This document shows positions 1 through 13,524 of a stretch of 64,000 bases of DNA, in pieces. The notes beneath the pieces were generated by a model that saw only the letters and a list, made by a program, of their open reading frames with translations, was not told the DNA's origin and searched no databases. Each line of letters begins with the position of its first letter. The first letter of the stretch is position 1. The stretch comes from Antedon mediterranea (Eukaryota > Animalia > Echinodermata), in NCBI RefSeq assembly GCF_964355755.1, contig NC_092680.1:3472001-3536000 (forward strand). Direction: 5' to 3'. The position numbers and the translations under genes were made by a program.

Positions 1-55
1 ACAGCGAAAGAAGCTGTATACAGACGTATACAGTTATAGAAAGTAAAGAAAAATA

Positions 56-126
56 GGTTTCGCCAGGGCTCGAACCGGGACCTTCTGCGTGTTAAGCAGA
101 CTTGACAACCACTACACTACGAAACC
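56..126 (-). tRNA. tRNA-Val(AAC)-like gene, probably degenerate/pseudogene
   Basis: Reverse complement GGTTTCG TA GTG TAGTGGTTGT CAA G TCTGC TTAACAC GCAGA AGGT CCCGG TTCGAGC CCTGG CGAAACC. Perfect acceptor and anticodon stems, AAC anticodon, A/B boxes; mismatches in the D and T stems. Confidence 0.8.
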
Positions 127-338
127 TCTTACATTAAAAATGTGGGTTACAGAAAGTTTTTTAATCCATTTAAATTACAAATAAATGGTAATAAGCACAA
201 AGCAAAATAAACATGTGTAAAAGTGATAATTACCGATTACACAAAATAAGTATTTTAAAAAATAATAAAAATAAGATATACTCTGTATAATTATCATATT
301 GCGTATACAGTACTTTTCACCATAAAGTTAAAAAAAAA

Positions 339-410
339 GGTTTCGTCCGGGCTCGAACCAGGTACCTTCTGCGTGTTAAGCAAACGTGATAACCACTACG
401 CCAAGAATCC
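339..410 (-). pseudogene. Second tRNA-Val(AAC) copy, degenerate
   Basis: Same body and AAC anticodon loop; two acceptor-stem mismatches plus D/T-stem mismatches; followed on the minus strand by a T-run (Pol III terminator, A-run at 330-338). Confidence 0.75.
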
Positions 411-494
411 GCATATAACCATATAACTACATAACGCTGTGGTGTGTGTCACACATTGTGGCTTCTTAATTAAACAAATTAATTAACAAAAAAT

Positions 495-680
495 TAAAAA
501 TCCGGCTCTATAGCTTTGAGGACATGTCCCTGTAGTATGTTAATGCCAAATCCCAGCTCAATACTATAACGAATAAGGGAGGAGTAGTACTTTAAAAATC
601 GCACTTTTTACTCAATAGTGTCTAGATGGAGGAAGAGGAGAAAATGAGTAAGTCCTAGACTCGGGTACCCCGAGTAAAAA
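495..680. mobile_element. Possible Helentron/HINE-like non-autonomous element end
   Basis: Terminal hairpin ACTCGGG-TAC-CCCGAGT (~659-675) followed by an A-run; a similar hairpin occurs at ~32194 (ACTCGGGTTAACCCGAAAA). Family assignment is inference. Confidence 0.3.
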
Positions 681-2161
681 TTGTAATAGAAGCATGTGCA
701 TTTCGTGGTAGGCTATACCATTATCAGAAATTGAAACATTAGTAAGTCTGAATTTTAATTTTGTGTAACTATTATTTAAGTACTTTTTTGGATAAAGATT
801 TTTGACAAAAGCGCGTTCAATTTAGGATTGTTTTGTTATATTCTACGTATAGTCCTATTTCTGTATCAGATTACCATTACCATATTAACTACAGGCAATG
901 TGTATATTTTCTTTCTGTTTGGTTATTTTTTATTTTACCTTGGCACATATTCGACCATAGGCCTAAATTAGATATTTAAAACAGTAGATACTTGAAATGA
1001 GAAAACATATCAGTGTGATAGTCTAATGATACGATTACTGTCTGTAGCCAAGCTTTTGTTACTCGTCATTATCATGATAAATACATTGCTTTTGTAACGA
1101 AAGTACTAATTGATTAATTAGTTACGGTAATCCCGGGGTTAATCCGTTCTTTATTTCGCAAAAGGTGTCCAAGCTATGACTATAGCTAGGCCTAATGAAC
1201 GCACTTTGATCATGGAGAACCACCGGGAGAAACACACTTTGATCTACCGGTTTCTAGTCGCATACAACCACCCCACAAAGGTAGCAACACGCTTCGAACT
1301 CTCGAGATCGGCATGTGGTCATTTACATAGGCCAGCCACGATAACAAAAACTTCATGTTGTGATGACGTAACAACAGTGTACGCATGTCAGACACGCGTC
1401 TTATTTTAAGTGCTATAATTATTTTTTTCTTTCAAATCTTTTAAAATCCTGACGTTTAATTTGTTTCCAAATTACCCTGCCCTTGAAACCGTGAACGATT
1501 GTCGTCTTTGTGATTAAAATCCGAATAATATAAACTAATTATCTGTTTCTACGTCGTATTCAAAAGTATCCTATGATTACGATTTTTTCAAGAATGAAAC
1601 CGTAGGTCAGTAATCGTCGCAGGCGAGAAAATAGCGTGCAGCGCGCGCTAAGCGTGTCCCGGACATCAGACTGCCCATCCTAATCCGATAATCTGTATTG
1701 GTCAATCTGTGCGCTATAAGATTTGACAAGAAAATGGACAAAGGTTAGTTATTATGAGACATAGAACTGATTTTGAATGAAAAGTAGTGTTTTATAGGCC
1801 TACTTATATCATGGACATCTCAACTTATTTCTCCATGTTTGTTTTGAGCGCAATTACATGAAAGTAGGTCTCTATGGCGAGTGAACAACCATCAAACCTC
1901 CACAACATACCATGCGCGATTGAATTCAAAAGAAAAAAGTGCAATTATTAATTTGCTACCGTATTTTAACAATGGTGCATGTTCGTTCCACTTTTAACAA
2001 ATTTCACAACAATCTACGCATTACAAAATGTCCTAGCCCAAAAGGTATGGCGCCTTTTTATCACTGGGTGGGACAGAGAATAAGGATTTGGAGACATGAC
2101 TTTCCAATGTACAGTATAACACTAGAAAAAAACATTATGAATAAAACTTTTGAAATTTAAA

Positions 2162-2350
2162 AAAATATAGATTAAATTCAACTTTTTGTTTAAAGGCCTA
2201 CATTAATAAAAAAGAAGTTTTATCCTAATTATTACAGAAATGATGATAACGATAAGAAAATATAGATTAAATGCAACTTTTTGTTTAAAGGCCTACATTA
2301 ATGAAAAAAGAAGTTTTATCCAAATTATCCAGAAATGATGATAACGATAA
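2162..2350. repeat. Tandem duplication of ~94 bp
   Basis: aaaatatagattaaat...gatgataacgataa present twice in tandem with a few substitutions. Confidence 0.9.
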
Positions 2351-2920
2351 TGTTAATTGTGCTGCTGATTGCGAATATGCAAGGTAAGTGATGATGATGA
2401 TGATAAGTGACGTCATAGATGATGATGGGCGTACGCGTATATCTCGAAACAAACATACGCGTGAGTCACAAACGAAGATGGTGGTATAAGATACGTACGT
2501 AAAAGCAAATGCTCAGAACCTGGAATACGATACACTGACTGGCTTTGTTTATCGTCGTCTTCTAGAAACTATACGCCGGGTTGGATTAATCATAGCTATC
2601 CAACATGCGGAAATTTAATCGAATTCTTCGGCAATTAAGATGATATTAACACGCTAGAATATTACCTGAACACAATCCGAATCAATGTAGCGTCTAAATA
2701 GGAAAGAACTTCATTAGTAACAGAATGGTGAAGAAACGGATTTCTTCTTCCATATTGATTCGAATTCTCGGTGCTGCAATAAATGTGGGTTTTAGAAACA
2801 CAGCCGCCGTGTGTAGAATAATGTGACGTCATGTGTTTTTAGGTGATTGTGAGATTATGCGTATAATTTCACACTATTTTATATCATTAAAAATAGATCA
2901 TTGGCCTGCTGTATTTATAA

Positions 2921-3089
2921 AGCTCTGACTACACTATCAAACTAGTTTGACAACAAAGGTGTCCAAATGGTGATATGCACAAATATGGTATAGTAATATG
3001 CACAAATATGGTAGTGATATGACATCTTCGGGTCCATATGGTCACATCACATTTTGTTGTCACATAAAGTTTGATAGTGTGACATGGCT
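2921..3089 (+). mobile_element. MITE family A (PIF/Harbinger-like), full copy with TAA TSD
   Basis: TIR AGCTCTG(T/A)CTACACTATCAAACT...AGTTTGATAGTGT-GACATGGCT, flanked by TAA on both sides; internal GTGATATG..CAAATATGGTA subrepeats; homologues at 10126, 26723, 49384 and 52400. Confidence 0.75.
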
Positions 3090-3686
3090 TAAGTCAAACA
3101 ACAAATAACAAACAAACAGAATAAATAGAGTTGGGAAAATAGTCTTTTTTAATTGGAAATTAGTCCTTGATTCCCGATATTGAACGAATTGTCTCTTCTT
3201 GTCTTGACATTTTTGGTAAACATGTATATTAAAATATGTACAGGCCCCGCCTACGATACCATATTCACAAATAGCGATGTGTAGGCCTACAATTCGATTA
3301 TGATCGATTTCATCCAATTTATCTTATAAGGAAGCAGATTATTGTTAAAAAACACAACAATTATATGTAATCGTCTTACTACTAATCCCGTTATAATAAA
3401 TCAGCTTTGATACGAATCCATAAACAACTTGGGTTTTATATCTGAAACATGAACACAAACTGGATTGTATAATTTCACAGTACAGTATATAGTTATTGCA
3501 CACAAGTATAAATATCGTATAATATCAATTACATGTATTGTATCTAAATGCCAGAATATCTACTGACTAATTTCAGATTGAATAAAAAAAAGGGTAACTT
3601 TTAAATAAAGAGAATTAAAGAAAGCATTTTCAGCATTGTCATTAATTGTTTTGTGCATTGTATCATTGCTTTCCGTTTCTTCCAAA

Positions 3687-5028
3687 GGAATTCCTACCAG
3701 ATCTCTTCCAGTTATAGACATCTACTGATTTATATCGCATTCGGTATCAGGTCGTGGCAACGTAATTCCTACCAGATCTCTTCCAGTTATAGACATCTAC
3801 TGATTTATACCGCATTCGGTATCAGGTCGTGGCAACGGAATTCCGACCAGATCTCTTCCAGTTATAGACATCTATACTTATTTATACCGCATTCGGTATC
3901 AGGTCGTGGCAACGTAATTCCTACCAGATCTCTTCCAGTTATAGACATCTACTGATTTATACCGCATTCGGTATCAGGTCGTGGCAACGTAATTCCTACC
4001 AGATCTCTTCCAGTTATAGACATCTACTGATTTATACCGCATTCGGTATCAGGTCGTGGCAACGTAATTCCTACCAGATCTCTTCCAGTTATAGACATCT
4101 ACTGATTTATACCGCATTCGGTATCGGGTCGTGGCAACGGAATTCCTACCAGATCTCTTCCAGTTATAGACATCTACTGATTTATACCGCATTCGGTATC
4201 AGGTCGTGGCAACGTAATTCCTACCAGATCTCTTCCAGTTATAGACATCTACTGATTTATACCGCATTCGGTATCAGGTCGTGGCAACGTAATTCCTACC
4301 AGAGCTCTTCCAGTTATAGACATCTACTGATTTATACCGCATTCGGTATCAGGTCGTGGCAACGGAATTCCTACCAGATCTCTTCCAGTTATAGACATCT
4401 ACTGATTTATACCGCATTCGGTATCAGGTCGTGGCAACGGAATTCCTACCAGATCTCTTCCAGTTATAGACATCTACTGATTTATACCACATTCGGTATC
4501 AGGTCGTGGCAACGTAATTCCTACCAGATCTCTTCCAGTTATAGACATCTACTGATTTATACCGCATTCGGTATCAGGTCGTGGCAACGGAATTCCTACC
4601 AGATCTCTTCCAGTTATAGACATCTACTGATTTATACCGCATTCGGTATCAGGTCGTGGCAACGGAATTCCTACCAGATCTCTTCCAGTAGACGTACGGA
4701 TTTATACTGCATTAGGTATCAGGTCGTGGCAACAGAATTCCGACCAGATCTCTTCCAGTAGACGTACGGATTTATACTGCATTCGGTATCAGGTCGTGGC
4801 AACGGAATTCCGACCAGATCTCGTCCAGTAGATATGTACGGATTTATACCGCATTCGGTATCAGGTCGTGGCAACGGAATTCCTACCAGATCTCTTCCAG
4901 ATAGATATGTACGGATTTATACCGCATTCGGTATCAGGTCGTGGCAACGGAATTCCGACCAGAGTCTTCCAGTAGATATGTACGGATTTATACCGCATTA
5001 GGTATCAGGTTGTGGCAACGGAATTCCG
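3687..5028. repeat. Minisatellite, 75-bp unit, ~18 copies
   Basis: Unit AATTCCTACCAGATCTCTTCCAGTTATAGACATCTACTGATTTATACCGCATTCGGTATCAGGTCGTGGCAACG(T/G); the last ~5 units are shorter variants. Confidence 0.97.
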
Positions 5029-7009
5029 AGTAGATGCCTGTTATTAGTACAATACCGGTCATATCTTTAACCATTCTATTTCTATGGCGTACTATAAGTG
5101 TAGGCCTACTCTAATTATTAATGTTTATGACTTTTGTGTGACAATGTCAACTGTATAATATGTTTCTGATTTAAATACAACATATTGGCCTATAATATAG
5201 ACCTATCTATGTATACTGTATGTATTAGAACACGTTTACTAAAATATCTGATACCACACACTGGAAAAATTAAAATGAACTCAAATATTGCAATAAATTG
5301 AAAGAGTTGTTGATGCAGATTGAGATTGGTTCTTGGGGAAATAAATAAAAAAGATAAACTTTCTGATTTGTACCACAACGGCGTTCTTACAATAATCAAA
5401 TTATAATGATATTATGTATCAAGTGAAATCAGTATAACTTAATTATAAAGTTATTCTACCCGCGAATCAGTTCATAATATTAATACGGTACAGAATAATT
5501 GACAAAGGTTAAACAGTATCACTAACCTAAATCAAACCTAGCCTAACAATCGTTAGATTCGCCGTTCATAAAGTCAATAAGAATGTAGGCCTTCTTGGGG
5601 TAACTCATCTTTCTTCGACATGCGACTTATTAATACTTTAGAACAATGCAAATAAGCAGTCATAGTTCTGTATTGTTGTAAAAATAAAATAGGTCTGCTA
5701 ACAAAATGAGTCACTTTGTACTCTCATTTTTGGCTCGGTCGATCTTAATTCGTTTAGTATAGATTTGACCACATGTCCTATAGTATGAACGCGCTGATCG
5801 ACAGAGTTCGCTGAAAAACTAGGCTTTGTATACCTTGTCGACATCTGTAGACAAGTTGTACAATTATTGGATTTGTTCAGTTTGTATATAATATTTCGTT
5901 TTCTTGACACTTTCAGATGATTTCAATACAACAGTAGGCCTAGAGAATTCCTTCATGATTTAACAGTCAAAAGTCAATAAACTTTATAATAATGTATGTT
6001 GTAGGTTTTTACAAGTTTAGTTGGTAATTCGAGGGGATAAGATAAGATGTATAATTGGAAGGGACGAGAGGATGGAAGATAATGATGAATGTTAGAATTA
6101 TACTCATGTTATAATTATCTTATAGCTTTTTTTAGAATAGAAATGTCCTAATATAAATGCATTTTAGTTACTGCTTAATATATAACTAAAATGATAACTT
6201 GTTTAGGGTGCTGATTAATGGAGTTGGTAGAAACGAACCTACAGTACTTTCTAGGATAGACTTACCATTATTAGTAAACCCTAACATTTTCACCCTATAC
6301 CCTATCACAACCAGGCGTGTATTTAATTAATACGCGTGACCGTGCTCACGCGTTTTTCAGACATTGGCCAATATGCACACGTCGTTAGTCTGAACACATT
6401 TTTGACGTCGATTGCCTTCCACACATTAATAAAGCGATGATCAAAGCTGAACTTTTTCGTCGTTGTCTTGAGAAATAGGAGAAAAATATAAAACCTGCCA
6501 TTTTATGAGGTGAAAAAATATATATTACATTTATAACTGCGAACAGTATTGATGTACGAAATTAAAAATTGCGGACTATTTCAAGTTAAGAATGTAATTC
6601 ATGCATTCAGTTTTTAATCACATGCATTCATGGATTTGATTTTATTGTAGGCAATCGTAAATCATGTTTTCTCTGTTTTAAAAAATAACATGACAAGAAA
6701 TTGAAGTGTTAATAATCCATTTTGGAATTTAATGAATATTTTCTGTCTGGAATCAAATTTTAAAAATCAGGACAAGTTGATGATTTTCTTAAATAAATTA
6801 TTGTTGAATGTTGTGTGAACGTAGCTTAAATAATAATGACCCGCGTCCTGTGTGAACGTACAGTAGCTTAAACCATGAACTGTCTTGATCTTTTGTGAAC
6901 ATTGTGTAATGAATCGTGATCGGTGTGTGTTAACGTATATAAGCTAAACATGATAATAATAATATAACAATTTATATAGCGCACATATCTACTAAAAGTG
7001 CTCAAGGCG

Positions 7010-7300
7010 TGGTCTCCTTGTGTGAACGTAGTTTAACACTTGGTCTCCTTGTGTGAACGTAGTTTAACACTTGGTCTCCTTGTGTGAACGTAGTTTAACA
7101 CTTGGTCTCTTTGTGTGAATGTAGTTTAAAACTTGGTCTCCTTGTGTGAACGTAGTTTAACACCTGGTCTCCTTGTGTGAACGTAGTTTAACACTTGTCT
7201 CCTTGTGTGAACGTAGATTAAAGAAACATGCTTGGTCTCCTTGTGTGAACGTAGATTAAAGAAACAGGCTTGGTCTTCTAGTGTTAACGTAGTTTAAAGA
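7010..7300. repeat. Minisatellite, 31-bp unit
   Basis: TGGTCTCCTTGTGTGAACGTAGTTTAACACT repeated ~9 times; degenerate TGTGTGAACGTA copies at 6810-6940. Confidence 0.95.
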
Positions 7301-8442
7301 AAATACAGTTTCCTGATTCTCAAATCTACACAATAATCTACAAATAATTCGTTTAGGAGACATTTTGTTTACCTTTTCTCACCATGGTTAATAATATACC
7401 GGTACTTTTATCAAACCATGGGGGTTGAATGTCTCTTTGGTGTTTTAAGATACTGAAAATGTCATAAATGATTATGATTAATGTAATGTTTTTTTTTTCT
7501 TACCCATTCGATCATTAACTCAATGATGATATACGATGATACATTGAATAACGACCAGTAATAATACAACAAATAATAGCAAACAAAGGACCTATTATAT
7601 TATTGAAGCTGTTATGGTCATTTAGAAAATTATTTTATAATTAGGCCTATGTAGGCCTAAATTCTTCATACGTATACAAGATTCGTGGTATAAACCAATT
7701 TAGGTTTCGTGTACAATCTAGACATCCGTCAAACATTTTCAGAAAATACTATATAACGACTGAAAAAAGAGTCTATCATTTCAAACGGTAACTGGCAAGT
7801 TCGACTGACCTCTGTTGATGAATGAACTGTCTTAAAGTAAAACATTAGGCCTAAATATTTTACTTAGTAAGTATAAATTGTGTTGGTTTATGTTCAAAGA
7901 ATACTCTGTCTGTTTTGATAAACTGAAATCAAAACCGATTTAGTTGTAGTCAATTAATAATATAGTTGATCAGCTTGTTTTACACGGACTTACAAAATAC
8001 TGTATACGGTTGTATCAGCTTAAAATAATATCCTATAATAACGTTTCAGTGTGACGTTACGTCATCACATTACTAGTCCATTCATAATGTTCTAGGTTCG
8101 CAGACTAAAATTTTCCGAAGCTTCGCTTTATTTGTTTGTTTTATTATTTTTAGAACTTTAGAAGCATGCAAACAAGTCAGATATTTTTAAATAATAAGTG
8201 TTACGTCATATGTAACCTACAAACCCGATTCATAATAATAATCAATCCAGAGGTACTCAAGGGGAGGGGGCGTGGTTTGAGCGCTAGCATGTATAGCTTA
8301 AGTGTTGAAAATAGTTTTAAAAAAGTAGTTATTAATTAAAAAGTACAAATGGTTACAAATAACCCATAACCATCCTTACATCATAATTACATTAGACCCA
8401 TCATCAATAACTATTTAAATCATAATTATTAATATCATTCAA

Positions 8443-8517
8443 AGATGTATTGTCCTCAAAAAAACATAAAAAATAAAGATTAATAAAATCAGATTTTTCA
8501 GGGGGGACAATATATCT
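8443..8517. mobile_element. Short Kolobok-like MITE (TTAA-type flanks)
   Basis: TIR AGATGTATTGTCC...GGACAATATATCT followed by TTAA; longer relative at 54672-54987. Confidence 0.55.
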
Positions 8518-8984
8518 TTAATATTATTAATAAATGTTGTTTCAAGATTTCTATCAATTTTTTTTTACGTTATCGGCCTTATTAATTCAACGTTATTCAT
8601 CCGTTCACAAACAACTATTTTATACGTCAACGACTACGATTAACCTTCATTATCTACTCGTTATCGATTAACAAAACATCCGCTTAAGGGGTCTATTCCT
8701 AATTTCATATGAGACCAGAAACTGATTTAGATTTGCGTCTAATTTATGAATAATTCATGCAGATTGAGGCTTATCATGCTAAATCCGGACTAGTCCATTT
8801 ACCCTGAGGACAATTTTGCAAATATATGTTCCGGTAACCAATCAATAGAATACGGGTTTTTTCTTTTAATATTGACATATTAAATTTGATATTTGTGTTG
8901 TTAGATAATAAATTAATAATTAATTAAAATATTTTGAATTTAGATCGGCCTTGTGTTGGTCGTTCGACTCCGGTCATTGTTTGT

Positions 8985-9405
8985 TGATGTGATCGATACC
9001 GTGTTTGACCACCCATGTGGTCGACCACCCATAGTGATCGATCATCCATGTGATCGATACCATTTGTGTTTGACCACCCATGTGACTGACCACTCATGTA
9101 ATCGACCACCCATAATGATCGATCATCCATGTGATCGATACCTTTTGTGTTTGACCACCCATGTGACTGACCACTCATGTAATCGACCACCCATAATGAT
9201 CGATCATCCATGTGATCGATACCTTTTGTGTTTGACCACCCATATGATTGACCACCCATATGATTGACCACCAATAATGACCGATTATCTATGTGATCTC
9301 TACCCCTTGTGATTGACCATCCATGTGATCGACCACCCATAATGATCGATTATTTATGTGATCAATATAAGAGACGTGATTGATCACCCATGTAATCGAT
9401 CATTT
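8985..9405. repeat. GATC-rich minisatellite (~69-bp higher-order unit)
   Basis: Repeated ATGTGATCGA / TTGACCACCCAT blocks; explains the spurious ORFs 8924-9340 and 8953-9267. Confidence 0.9.
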
Positions 9406-10125
9406 CAACCTAACTATTACTAATAGATCAGTCGATCAATTATTATAATTCAGGTCAATTCAGTCTATTAATCGATTGATTGGGGTCAGTCGATAAATAA
9501 TTATTATTGTAGAGAACTATAGAGTTTAATTTAACTTTAAAAAATACCGGTACGCAACTAAGATATAAATATTATTGAAATATGTTCATAGTTGTCCTTG
9601 CCACATTTGTTTAATTAAATTAATTACCCCAGTGTGTATTGCAGTACAATATACGGTACATCATATTCCATTTGTTTCCACATGCCTCGAAGAAATACGT
9701 TTAATATTTCGACGGCGATTATAATGAAAGCGCGGCCAAAGCTGTCGAATACTATAACATAACAATGAGAATTAACGTAGGATTAGCGCCGTCGGCCAAT
9801 AGGTCTATTTATTAGAGGATGCGGCGAGTAGCGTGTCATACTTGATTTAAATTTCTTCCATCTTATGTACCGTTTGCACTTTTTAGTTGATGTCATAGTT
9901 AGTTATTAAGTCAACAGCTCAGTATGCGAATTAACCCATAATACCTATTTGCATATTCGTTTGATAATATTTAGGTCGCTTTCTGCACGGACGAGAAATC
10001 TGGCTTTGAAAGGTTAAATCTGTGTACTTTTTTCAATAATCCACGTTGTAAGTTTTAGGCCTATATTAGTACTTAAGTTTCTCAAATTCTTCGGCTTTCT
10101 ACTCAATATCATAGCGAGTTAATTA

Positions 10126-10265
10126 AGCCCTGCCTGCACTATCAAACTAGTGTGATGTGCCCAAATATGGTAGTGATATAACCAAATATGGTAGCGATAT
10201 GACATCATCATGTCCATATATGAGCACATCACATTTTTGTCATATACAATTTGATAGTGTGACTG
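10126..10265 (+). mobile_element. MITE family A copy
   Basis: CACTATCAAACTAG...CCAAATATGGTAGTGATAT...TTTGATAGTGTGAC matches 2921-3089. Confidence 0.75.
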
Positions 10266-11844
10266 TTTTATCTTTATGTATAAAACGAGCGTCACAGTTG
10301 ACACTTGTGAACGAAAGTTACCTTTTTCATGTTTGTATTTCGGTTACTTGTAAAAAAAATAAACAATAAACCACCAATTATAAATTATAACTCGATAAAC
10401 ATGAGGAGAGTATGTGATTCGACTGACTTCCAACATCGGTACATTAACAGCTTGCGGCATATCAACTTACGCCACACGAAAATAGTTGATAAAGTTAATA
10501 AAGTTTAGCACTTTTGTGATTGGTCAATCGACTGAAAAGTGATCTGACCAATAATAGCGCCGGATCATTCCTAGTGGCTGAAAAGTTTCATGCATGTCTT
10601 ATCACTTAATAAAATCTTTCAATTCCTCGAACTTTATTCGAACAACGCTTTTGGATCAGCGGTACACGCTTATAACAACAAATAAATTAATTTAGTAGGC
10701 CCCTATTACAGCTAATATTTAACTCAAATTAGATAATCTTTCAGGTATTGAAACTATTGGAAAAAGTATTTATTATAATGTAGATAAAATAATAAGATGT
10801 TTAGTATTAAAGTTTACGTAATTCTCCCTCCATGCAGCAGTTAAGTATTGTTTAGCCTACATGGTAATCAACAATTTTATTTATTTTATCACATGGAAAT
10901 AATTTAAAAACAAGAGAAAATAAACAGACTTCAAATATTTGTTTGTATCAGCCACAGCTACGCTTCGCATAGATCATTCTTATGCGCGTATTGACATCGT
11001 CATGATTTCTATGTACGCGAACATTATACACTTTTCGTGCTGACGTCCTAATTTTATGTGCACGTTCTTTATTATTTTTTTTTTTATTTCATTTCAACAC
11101 ATAGATAATACAAAATGTGCACGTTCTGTTATATCGTGTTATGGCATAGTTTGTTTATTGGATTAATACAATCATTCGGGATTGAATTCGTTGATCTTTT
11201 ATACAAATAAAATGTATCGTTTCTGCATTTGTTTATTTATTTGTTTTTCGTCGTGAGGACTAGCTCGACGTGGAATTGTTGCGATATGAGATCATCGGAA
11301 GCAGACAATCAACCTGAGCCACTAATTTTGTTTTAAATGAAGGATTTTCCTTTTGAAAAGTTAAAGTGTCACTAGCGGTCATAAGCATCCATGCGTTATG
11401 TATAAAGTCTCGTCTGAAAAACGCCATCGCTTTATATGCCCACGGTTTGTCAGCTCGTCTATACCATCAAACGCTTATATTGTTTTAGCCAACAATATAG
11501 AGATATACATTTTATAAAGAATATTCCGCTCAACGTTGCGTTGAAATTTATTTTATTGTTCAATGTGGACAAAAAGTTTTATCGATGACCGTTCTACTGA
11601 AACGGAAAACGGGGTTAATAATAATACATAAAAGAAATAAAATAAAAAACATGGTATTAAATTTGAAGAGTTCACCGTCGATAAACAGATTATAATCTGT
11701 ATTTATCCATCTATGACACGCCTTTCTATTATGTAACAATGTGCCAACAATAGCGCGACGAAAACCCACACAATCTGCAATCACGGGAATTTATATCAAC
11801 AATTTCGCGTACTTTTTCTGACCTCACACAATTATTATTATTTT

Positions 11845-12054
11845 CAAATCGCGAAAATAAAAGGTCGCGAAATAGTTGAAAATAAAAGGTCGCGAAATAG
11901 TTGAAAATAAAAGGTCGCGAAATAGTTGAAAATAAAAGGTCGCGAAATAGTTGAAAATAAAAGGTCGCGAAATAGTTGAAAATATAAAGTTGCGAAATAG
12001 TTGAAAATATAAAGTCAAAAATTTAAGGCCGCGAAAATGTTGGGCTTTGCAGTA
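11845..12054. repeat. 25-bp tandem repeat at the end of a probable TA-flanked MITE
   Basis: AAATAAAAGGTCGCGAAATAGTTGA x~6, ending CGCGAAAATGTTGGGCTTTGCAGTA. Confidence 0.8.
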
Positions 12055-13524
12055 TCTAATTCATTTTTTCGAAAATATATTACTTAACATACGAACCAAG
12101 GTTACACACTAATAAAATACATAAAGCAATTCTTTAAAATAAATCTGTATAATAGGTCGAAATACATGCATTTAGCAGGGCACGTCGAATTGATGACTAA
12201 CTGATAAAAATAAATATCACGAATATGAATAATTTACAAAATATTTCTTGCATAAATCTGTGATTACGGGATTGACAACCAGGTATATTAAACGTCTATG
12301 TTTATTTATCATTATGTATTTACGTATAATTTTAAAATTGATTGATTGAATGCACGGCGTTTATTATATACAGGTATTATTGACGGTATATTAATAGTGA
12401 GTAAGCTGTTCGAACGGCCATCCATCATCACCCGACGAGAGCAGGCGCCTCGGCGTGGTGGTCAGAACATCCTCTGCTGCTGGACACGATGGATGACCAT
12501 GACATTAGTTTGATGTGGCTAGGCTCCACTTCTCTCCCCTCTCTTCTACCAATAAACAATTCATAGCTAGGCCTATATTTTGATGATTGAGTTAGCTCAG
12601 TTCTGACAGTTACGCCACAAATTGTTATTTTAAAACTAATATTCGCTAACGTCAAAAAGCCTCTCCTATTCTAATATATGTTAAGGTTTCATTTCTATTG
12701 TAGCTTCAAATTCGATCTTCTTAAAATAGTGATAATATTTAGATTCAATGTTAGAAGAATCAATATAAACATGGCGCTCAATAGGCTAGTTAAGGCGCTA
12801 ATGGCGTTTCATAAAACTTACGTTAAGCCTTGTAAGATTCGGTAACTGTTGATCAACCATAAAGCTGTATCAATCAAGATTAGTATACTGACTTTTTGAT
12901 TAAATTAATGTTTGTAATAATAATTATATAAAATATTTTAATTTATTAAAATATTTGTTTATGAGAACGCGCTTGCATTGTATCTTTCATAATTTACAAG
13001 CGATGTTGCAATGTCATTGGCCGATAGAGATACCGTTAATTTGATGTGGCATACTTTTCCTCTAAAGTGTAAAAAGATGCGCCTCTAAATAACTGTCATA
13101 ACCTCTAGGCCTAGGGTTGGGATACCTTGCAGTTACTTCCGACATACGCCCAGTAGATGCCACACACGTACTACCTGTTGACTGATGCATGTCACAATGG
13201 GTCGCGCTAAATGTCAGCGGTATTTTTCACAACGTCCCGATTTCAACCACATGAGAGGAATAACGGATTCCAGAGGTCTCGCCCCGCCTCTTGGTGATGT
13301 ACAGTTGACAGAATAAACTAATCGAAGTTTAATCACACAAGCACCAGGCCTACTTAATTTTTTGTAGACGAGTTCGAAAAAATGTCGTTATATTTTCTAA
13401 CATTATAATCCTTATGAATAAACTTTTACACGGGTTGCAAAAAATATTGCAACAACGCATAGGTTATTACTTGTTGAAGAGACATAGATTTGACACGAGT
13501 ACAAAATTATTTCATATTAACGGT

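Noticed and set aside
3687-5028. CRISPR array or repeat-protein gene (one frame reads NSYQISSSYRHLLIYTAFGIRSWQR repeatedly)
   Set aside because: No unique spacers or cas genes. One stop-free frame out of six for a 25-codon unit is expected by chance, and indels break it.
8924-9340. 138-aa and 104-aa repetitive ORFs
   Set aside because: Translations of a minisatellite.
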